This document shows, piece after piece, positions 57,301 to 64,000 of a stretch of DNA of 64,000 nt. The notes beneath the pieces were generated by a model, which was given only the letters and a program-made list of their open reading frames with translations, made no database searches and had not been told where the DNA came from. This DNA is from Eukaryota sp. TZLM1-RC (lineage: Eukaryota; Protista; Metamonada: BaSk clade): contig JAUPSS010000009.1 of assembly GCA_040285825.1 (NCBI GenBank), positions 558,001-622,000 on the forward strand. Reading direction: 5' to 3'. The translations under genes and the position numbers were made by a program. How positions within the stretch are numbered: position 1 is the stretch's first letter; each line of letters starts with the position of its first letter.

Positions 57301-58693
57301 CACCGATAATAAACTCCATGCAGTAGGTAGCAATTCATGGGGACAATTGGGGGATGGATCTAATAAAGATTGCAAGAAACCAATCAATTTATCAATCAAT
57401 AACGTGGCTCACGTGATCACTGGACCTTCCTTTTCTATTCTTATTCAATTAAACAATTCAGTTCACGTTTTTGGGTATAATGAATATGGCCAATTAGGTG
57501 ATTGCTTTGGATCATGTCACTTTGAACCATTTAGAATTGGCTTTAAGTTTGATGGGCAGAATGTATTACGCCCAAATCCCCACTCGTACTATCTGTGTGC
57601 TCCTAACCCTAAGATGCAGTTTGGTGAAGCCCATCTCTATGCACGACCAATGGATGTTTCTAATAACGAATTTGTGATACATTTGCGTGAAGATAAGTCA
57701 CTCTGGGGCTGGGGTAATTTTAAATATGGCCAGATGGGAACAGGGGTTGCTGGAAGATCACTCACTCCCCGTGAATTGAGTGGTTTTGAAGGTAACATTC
57801 AACCAACTGCTGTCTGTGCTACTGATTACTCCATCTTTGTTCTCACAGCAAAGGGCAAAGTCTATGGTGCTGGTGATGTATTTTTTGACTCTAACATCCA
57901 TCCCACTCAATGTCTGTCATTCCTTACTGATGTTAAATGGATAAGTGGAGGTTCAGGTCACGTTTTGGCTCTCAAGAAGGACGGCACTGTTTGGGCTTGG
58001 GGGAAAAACTCTAAGGGTCAAGTGGGGGATGGTACAAATCAAGATAAACATGAACCAGTTCAAGTTCCTTTCCTTGACAACATTGTACACGTGGCAGCTA
58101 GTGGTGACTTGTCATTTGCTGTTACCTCTGGTGGATTCGTTTGGGCCTGGGGAGATAATTATGAAGGTACTTTGGGCACAGGTTCGTTGAGAATCAAGTC
58201 CTTTAATTGTCCTTCCAGAATAGGCCTTTCTGATATTCAATCAATTCACGCTAGCCCACGTCACGTGATTGCAGTCACTCGGTCAAATACACTCCTTACA
58301 TGGGGGTCGGAACGTTCTGCTTTAGGCACTCAAGCAAAGGGAATCGAGTGTCTCGTTCCTTCACCCATTTCCAAGATTGATAATGTTTCAATGGTATCTG
58401 CCGGTGAAGACCATTCCTTTATCATCACCACTGATCGTAACATTTTTGGTTATGGATGGAATTCTGATGCCCAAACCGCACTTGGTGTGGGGCGTAAGAT
58501 TAATGTTTCCTTACCATTGAATATTACCAATACAATTTCAAATGTACGTTTTGCTCTTGCTGGACATCGGTTTTCTTTGTTTGTCTTACAGGACGATTCT
58601 GTTCTGTCTATCGGGTTCAACAATGGCGGAGTCTTGGGGTTGGGCAGTAAAGAAAGTGAAAAGAAGTTGTCAATGTTAAAGTTTAAGTCTTAG
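54398..58693 (+). CDS. Pseudokinase plus ~20 RCC1-repeat protein
   Basis: Kinase-like N-terminus (CWKQF, LHQQGVYHGRLSPDNI, no DFG), acidic linker, many DG.VWSWG.N..GQLG repeats; ATG at 54398. Confidence 0.9.
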   Translation: MSLPRSIKQIELTDIELRCENEHFTLYFAYFQGNPVCWKQFKRPSSGTLEYIKTILTLCTDSPIAPFFVTHYGYTEEPLGIVISQEELALSEYHQYFNTKELFVVIQSLLATLSFLHQQGVYHGRLSPDNIFLTFNRGTLHSIRLSHPIIPTSSTNSIPATDLTQIDALLAKYFKALGNCYTALDSYSSTMTKIDTVLSKAETPVKKEEKSVNKGQKEDQKEENDTSSVKESQAESLKPQSEPQSPSKQAESEESVDLSLLLESSSDEDDSEFLTTNHDPLIDFDLLNSDDEIPIQSTDPDSCLNDQNQSINDGPPENFKQILSNDDSLSIALRNDGSVWSWGSNKSRLLVVCDGDFRYDPVQIPGLSGIRSICLGKYTAFAIDNQGRVYAWGQGWSTEEGQKGDVFWSEPTLLKTLSKISKISAGHDHFLALTHSGSVFGWGNGLVNKYIGNTTESPPLTPTPIFFKERIVDICASVSDSFAVGQSGTLYAWGSNADFSSRHGDGMTLPKTVPVTIKTINDVISIVASKYAVIALKSDGSVYQWGDLYCHLAREHVAYTTPQEVPELSNISKIAISQTHSAALRNDGVLYTWGWNTKSCVSFELPEDRFIPPSAVFLSDPVLDVAVGPHYTSVIMETGGIQAWGRNDAGQLGGGFMKETHSLVIVKVPDTVNNDDVMEEDGDHSSIDLPSLEVVIETPDLTFPSLPSHLAKISTGQDFTVALKSDGTVWSWGKNTCHQLGHGEKDAKCLIPTRVPELNDVVAIYAGHNTVLAKRKDETFIAWGRYNGRDREIPVQTKPIPNVNYIVVGDDFRLALTNDGDVLSWGKGKSGVLGLGSTDNHKSAVRVPALPKVAQIAAGKAHALALSESGRVYSWGNNDHCQLGNGLKDAGEKAYTTPSKIDCLRNIIMIAAGDTSSFAVDYKGNVYFWGENKAFALDSQWYTTPVYFANLQNLCHISASSDHALFLTTDNKLHAVGSNSWGQLGDGSNKDCKKPINLSINNVAHVITGPSFSILIQLNNSVHVFGYNEYGQLGDCFGSCHFEPFRIGFKFDGQNVLRPNPHSYYLCAPNPKMQFGEAHLYARPMDVSNNEFVIHLREDKSLWGWGNFKYGQMGTGVAGRSLTPRELSGFEGNIQPTAVCATDYSIFVLTAKGKVYGAGDVFFDSNIHPTQCLSFLTDVKWISGGSGHVLALKKDGTVWAWGKNSKGQVGDGTNQDKHEPVQVPFLDNIVHVAASGDLSFAVTSGGFVWAWGDNYEGTLGTGSLRIKSFNCPSRIGLSDIQSIHASPRHVIAVTRSNTLLTWGSERSALGTQAKGIECLVPSPISKIDNVSMVSAGEDHSFIITTDRNIFGYGWNSDAQTALGVGRKINVSLPLNITNTISNVRFALAGHRFSLFVLQDDSVLSIGFNNGGVLGLGSKESEKKLSMLKFKS

Positions 58694-59554
58694 TAGTGTT
58701 GTAATTTGTATATGTATTTTGTTATAAATTTATTATCTTTTATTTATTTCCTGTTATTGGGTTTTTATTTTCTAATAATTGATTCTCATATCGCAACAAC
58801 AATTGGGATGAAACACATTGATTTTAGTAAAAAAAACTAATGACAGACAGTACCGGAGAATCAAATAAAAATGAAGGTATTAAAACAAAAAGCTTCTTAT
58901 TCAGAGGTCTTAACTAAACCTAAACAATCAGAAACGACTTTTAAAAGCTCCTTCCCAGACAAATTACACAGCGTTTCTTCTCCAAAGCTCTTTAATCTTA
59001 TTGGCAGCTCATACTTACAATGGTTAGAGTCAAGGATATGGACATCTACAAATCCCAAAGTAGGAGATGAAAGGTTAATGTCGATTGGGGTGATACGGAA
59101 TCTTCTGCAATACTTGAGAACAGAAGACACAAGATAGTCCATTTGACTTCCCTCTGAACCTTCTTTACGATGAAACGTTGGAGGAGTCATTACGGGATCG
59201 GGTTTGATATCTTGAAAGGTGCGCTTGATAGAATTCCTAATCCACCTTAGTTTCATCGGACCAGTAGGAATGTGTTCAGCAAGAGAGTGTTGACGTGGTT
59301 GTAGTTTATTCAAACGGGAGCTACGAGGACGACGACCACAATGAACAGCTTCTAACGAAGAGAGAAATCCATCAGCATCTTTGAGGTCATCCAAAGAAGG
59401 TTTTCCAGTTCTACGTTTGATGTCTGCTCTGCTGGGAATCATAACATCCCTTGAGATGCAAGTTACAACACAAGACAGAGAAGGTTTATCGTAAAGCCTT
59501 TGATTTCAGTAGTTATTAATCTGAATTTTAAAATTGATAAATACATTTTAGTAA

Positions 59555-60710
59555 AAATTTTTGGTGCAGTTGGTTTTTCAAAAGCAGAGTATTTATCAAA
59601 AGTGCTTTTATTGGTGGTATGAACAATTTTCTTTTTGAATGGAAACTTCGTTTTGATCATATTCCTTTGAATGAATCACATCCTTTATTAATTTCTCTTG
59701 AAAAAATGGTGCAAGAACTACCTGTTGATGTTTGGAATAGGAGTTTTCCTTCAAGTTTGCCTGCTGTGCCTTCGAGATCTTTCTCCAATCTTCATCTTGC
59801 TGTTGTGAAATTACAGAAGTCTGTTCTTATTGGTTTTGAAGACCTGGATTTTTCTAAACGACTTAGTGTGACTAAGATTAATAATCCCGTCTTTGCTGCC
59901 TTTTTATCAGACATTCAGAACTGTACTAGTTTAATATCTCAGCAACCAAGGCCATTTGGTCTTCACTTAACAAATGAAGCTTGGAAACAAACCATGCGGT
60001 TGAGATCAGGGACGTATCCAAGCGGTCTTTTGGACAATTCTTATTGTATTTGTAACAAAAAACCTACTGCCAATTTCCGTCATATTGTGAGCTGTAAGAA
60101 ATTTCTCCAATATAGGTCAGTTCTTCATAATGCCGTTCGTGATGTGACATATGAGATGTTTAAGTGTTACAATTTTAATTGCAAAGTAGAACCTTTGTTG
60201 AAGCATTATAGTGATGATAATCTGTTTAATTCACGTCGAGGTGATTTAATTGCTCCTTTTATGAATTCCTCTCAAGTTGTTGTTGATTTCACTACAGTTG
60301 ATCCCTTTGCTTTTGTTTATCGCGATGATGTTTTACTTAGTACTAATGGTCATTTAAACAAGGCTGAAGATCGTAAGAGAGATAAATATACTGAGACATT
60401 AAATGATTTAAATAAGAACCTTTATTCGAAGTTTTCGTTTGTTCCTTTTGCCTTTTCGATTTTTGGCAACATTGGACAATCCGCCTTGAATTTCATCAAT
60501 GATTTTGGTAATTTATGTCGTTCAAGTGGTAAAAATTTTGCAGGGAATTTATGGAAGAATCGTATCATTTTCGCTTTGTACAGAAGTGTTCCCAAATACT
60601 TGAGTTTAATGATGTCCAAACTTTATAAGGATTCATCAAGAGTTGGCGTGGAGAATTTAGTTTCTTATGTGTTTTAGTTTGTTTTGTTTTTATTTGATTC
60701 TTCGTAGAAA
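59555..60710 (+). mobile_element. 5'-truncated RLE non-LTR retrotransposon, family 2
   Basis: ORF 59619-60677 has CIC..H..C, HNAVRD and RRGDL..VDFT..AEDRKRDKY; flanked by the 18-bp direct repeat ATAAATACATTTTAGTAA (59537-59554, 60711-60728). Confidence 0.88.
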
Positions 60711-60989
60711 ATAAATACATTTTAGTAACATTATTTTAATGTTATTTCAAACGAGTAGGTTATGCGAGCACCAATTTTTGTGAATAACGATATATGAATA
60801 CTTTTCCTTAATTTTAATCAGTTGTAACACTGAGCATCAGACTCTCTGTCTAGTTTGATTCAGCTTCATGAATCTGAGATACATGCCAAGATAAGGCAAC
60901 TGTTCCAAGCTGCTCTATTTATTTGTTTTTCAATATCACCTTTACTTTGACCTATGCTAGGATTACTGCAACTCTTGCAACTTTTACAC

Positions 60990-61022
60990 GTGATGCTTAT
61001 GTGATGCCTACGTGGTGCTTAT
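60990..61022. repeat. 11-bp imperfect tandem repeat GTGATGCTTAT x3
   Basis: gtgatgcttat gtgatgcctac gtggtgcttat. Confidence 0.6.
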
Positions 61023-61194
61023 GATTAAAGTCGATGATTCCTTGCAGCTTTAGGAGTGTCATGATAGGAAAACAAAAAAATGAGAAAGCAGTAAAAAAAA
61101 CAAAATTACAATAAATTTATTAACAAAAAAGAATAGAAAGTCAATAATAATTACAAAGTACCTCTCCAATATTCAAAAATAACAATCAAAAACC

Positions 61195-63282
61195 CTAAGC
61201 TTTACCACTAATAATTTTAGATAACAAGCCCGTATTGCCGCTTTTAACAGCCTTCCTACAGCTATCAATAACTTGGGTCTTTGCTTTACCTATCCTTAAT
61301 TTTGAACTTTTTTGAATAATACCATTTATATATTTTAAACTACTCATTAAAACCTCCATGTTACTCATTTTAACCTGGTATTCTCCCATTAATTGATGAT
61401 TCAATGCTAATAATTCGTTATAAAACAGCCTACAATCATCATAATCATGCGAAAGACGAGCATCCTCAACCTTAACCACCAACTCCTTAACAGAACCCAC
61501 TCCCTCCGCTGAATCAGAAGTCATACGAAGTCTATGTGAGTTGGATTCAGAGATGATGTTTACATGTTTTTCAAGAAGGGAATTCTCTGATGGAAATGAG
61601 CAGATTGTAGACAGTTCGCTCCATTCCAATCTTGATCCAATGAATTGAATGACCTCTCCACAAAGATCAATTGATTGACAGAATAAATTGATTGATTTTT
61701 CGGATTTGGATAAAACAAGATTAAATTCATCAGAAATACATGATTTCAACATCAATTTTGATTGATTGGTTGTTTGATGAGTCTGAACTGGACTATCCAA
61801 ATTTCCAGAATTATCGAGCAAAAGAGCAAAAATTTGGTAAAATTGATTGTTGTCTGGAAACGTGACATAATGACCCTCATCATAATCAAGTTGATTGATT
61901 GGAAAAAGATGGCAAAATCTGGGTAAGTCAATGGAATGGTTGGAAACCTTGTAATCATAAGTGACTGGCATTGAGCTAATCAAGATGTCAACTGACAAGC
62001 AAAGATCATAATTGATTGGTGGAACAAACTTGACTGTCATTGACTTTCCTGGTTGTTCTGACCGCTCAAAAAGAGCTGTTTGACTTCCGTTGAATGCCAC
62101 ATCAGCAGTCACCACTATCACGTGAATATAAACGTCATTTGATTGTGCTTCCACGTGCAACTCTAAACAACCGTCGCCAGGACTAGTTGAAAACTTAAAT
62201 TGAACATTATTTATATTAGTTTTTGACACACTTTTTCCCTTTTTTGCGGCCAATATTCCCTTCTCTAAAAACGTAATTCTTTTGATTAAATCCCGTTTTT
62301 CCTCCAAAAGTCCTTCATATTCTGCATTATTTATGACCTTCTGTGAGGTGTCATTTTGATCTGTGAAAGTGATACCCTTGACCAATCCAGATCTTCCAAT
62401 TAAAAGCAACTGTTTAGTCGAAGAAGAGATCAAATCAAAATATTCAAGTCCTGCCAAATTTTGCCCCAAATTTTCCCTGGTCACAAGACTTCCCGAGACC
62501 ACTTTCCTCACCTCTACTTTTCCATGTTCCCAACCAATAACCAAATCATCTTCACCATCACCATCATAATCAACTGCCCTCATCGCCAAACATGGAAACT
62601 TACCCTTGATTCTCCACTGACGGGTTCTTCCTTCATAGACCCCTACAATACCATTAGAGAGGGCATACGCGAACCTGGGGGAGGAAGAGGTGGTAAGTGG
62701 AAGAAGGGAGATGATCTTGGCAGATTCGTTGTATTCATAAACGACATCAATGTTGTTGTACACTCTAATGTATCCGTCTGCACAACCAGCAATGATTTCT
62801 TGATTGCCATCATAATTGATTGATTCAACACAAGTCACGTCATCAGATGCAACTGTCCAAAAAGTTTCGTCCCCATTTGCATCAAAACCTTGTACAGAGC
62901 ACGAACCACCCACTACAACAGCTGTATCAGGGAAAGAGGAGGGTGCAGTTGGAAGAAGTGAAGAAACACCATTGGGAAGCTCCTTGGTGAAGATGTAAGT
63001 ATTTTCTTCAGGATCAAAGACAGAGATACCCGAGGAGGTACCGATGAACATAACGTCTGTGGAAGTACCGGGTAGCCTACCAACCGTGTATGAGGTAACT
63101 TCACTGTGAAAACTGACGAAACGTTTTTCACAATCACCTTTATCATTGAATTGTTGAGGAGAGAAGAGTATAGCCTTACCAGCAGAAGTTATGGCAGTAA
63201 GAACAGGATGGGCTCCATCAAAGTTTCCAGTTGCTGTGAAGGGATGGATCTCACATCCAAGATTAAGCTCAAAGGTTGGCAT
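61195..63282 (-). CDS. BBS2: Bardet-Biedl syndrome 2 protein (BBSome)
   Basis: GNFDGAHPVLT, VVGGSCSVQGFD..E.FWTV, RFAYAL.NG.VGVY, DYDGDG..LVIGW, V..EDARL, KLRIGKAK..CRKAVK. Confidence 0.95.
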   Translation of the reverse strand: MPTFELNLGCEIHPFTATGNFDGAHPVLTAITSAGKAILFSPQQFNDKGDCEKRFVSFHSEVTSYTVGRLPGTSTDVMFIGTSSGISVFDPEENTYIFTKELPNGVSSLLPTAPSSFPDTAVVVGGSCSVQGFDANGDETFWTVASDDVTCVESINYDGNQEIIAGCADGYIRVYNNIDVVYEYNESAKIISLLPLTTSSSPRFAYALSNGIVGVYEGRTRQWRIKGKFPCLAMRAVDYDGDGEDDLVIGWEHGKVEVRKVVSGSLVTRENLGQNLAGLEYFDLISSSTKQLLLIGRSGLVKGITFTDQNDTSQKVINNAEYEGLLEEKRDLIKRITFLEKGILAAKKGKSVSKTNINNVQFKFSTSPGDGCLELHVEAQSNDVYIHVIVVTADVAFNGSQTALFERSEQPGKSMTVKFVPPINYDLCLSVDILISSMPVTYDYKVSNHSIDLPRFCHLFPINQLDYDEGHYVTFPDNNQFYQIFALLLDNSGNLDSPVQTHQTTNQSKLMLKSCISDEFNLVLSKSEKSINLFCQSIDLCGEVIQFIGSRLEWSELSTICSFPSENSLLEKHVNIISESNSHRLRMTSDSAEGVGSVKELVVKVEDARLSHDYDDCRLFYNELLALNHQLMGEYQVKMSNMEVLMSSLKYINGIIQKSSKLRIGKAKTQVIDSCRKAVKSGNTGLLSKIISGKA

Positions 63283-64000
63283 AATTGATGGAAATAAGTT
63301 GGGAAGGGAGTTGTTTGGTAATTAGAATTTTTAACTTTTTTTAAACTTGCACACTTGACAAAATTAATTCATAACTAATGAGACGAAATTCATTCAACCA
63401 AGATTTCCTCTACAAAATCTTGATCTGCTTGCTGTTTAACTAAAGCTTCTCTAACTCGATAGAAAAACCGAGGTAATCTATTAATAATGGCAAATTGAAT
63501 CCGAGAGCGCCATAAAAAATATCAAATCTTTTAATTGTTTCATCTTGAACCATTATTTTGGAAATCACTCAAAAAGGTTCCTGCTTCTACTGATAGTCTT
63601 CCGGTTATCAAAAATGAGAAAAGCACTAAAAACAAGTGGTCTATTTCTATCAGCATTAGCTTCTTCGATATCTTTCTCATATTTTCTATGTTTTTCTTTA
63701 GCTATAAATTCAAGTTTGGTTTTAAATTCGAATCAATTTCCATTATTTTTCCAAACTTTATTATTTTAATGGTGAGTTTTTAAAACTCTTAATATCTATT
63801 TCCTCACACTCTACATCTACCGATCAAAAATTTCCTATAAAACTCTTGAATATTTTCTTCATTTTGTCTTCATAGTGCTTACAGCAAGGGCCTGTACATT
63901 AAAGCAAGCCTATACATTCCATAAAAAATGACAATACAGTTCTATTTTGCAGGAAAGGTCAGTTGAATATTCTTCTAGTTTTGCTTTGAATAATTGAGAG

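Overview
Gene-dense, AT-rich, almost intron-free eukaryotic DNA using the standard genetic code. The host is probably a flagellated protist: BBS2, MED17, PDS5, SMCR8 and a cullin are present, and the intron style suggests a metamonad (inference). About 19 host genes are interleaved with many mobile elements. (i) At least seven decayed Fanzor (eukaryotic TnpB-like RuvC) elements occur, from several families. Five are followed by strongly base-paired 3' non-coding regions that look like omegaRNA scaffolds, and four end just upstream of a co-oriented host gene. (ii) A full-length Ty3/gypsy element with a chromodomain-like tail (13531-21478, 136-bp LTRs, AAGG TSD) is inserted in a Fanzor ORF and itself carries a 5'-truncated RLE-type non-LTR retrotransposon. 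(iii) Further RLE non-LTR copies occur, two of which have swapped TSDs that reveal a ~2.8-kb inversion. (iv) MULE-like and piggyBac-like remnants are present. Also seen: a 27-nt spliceosomal intron and a 1.57-kb tandem duplication with a templated junction. All calls come from reading motifs by eye; no searches were run.
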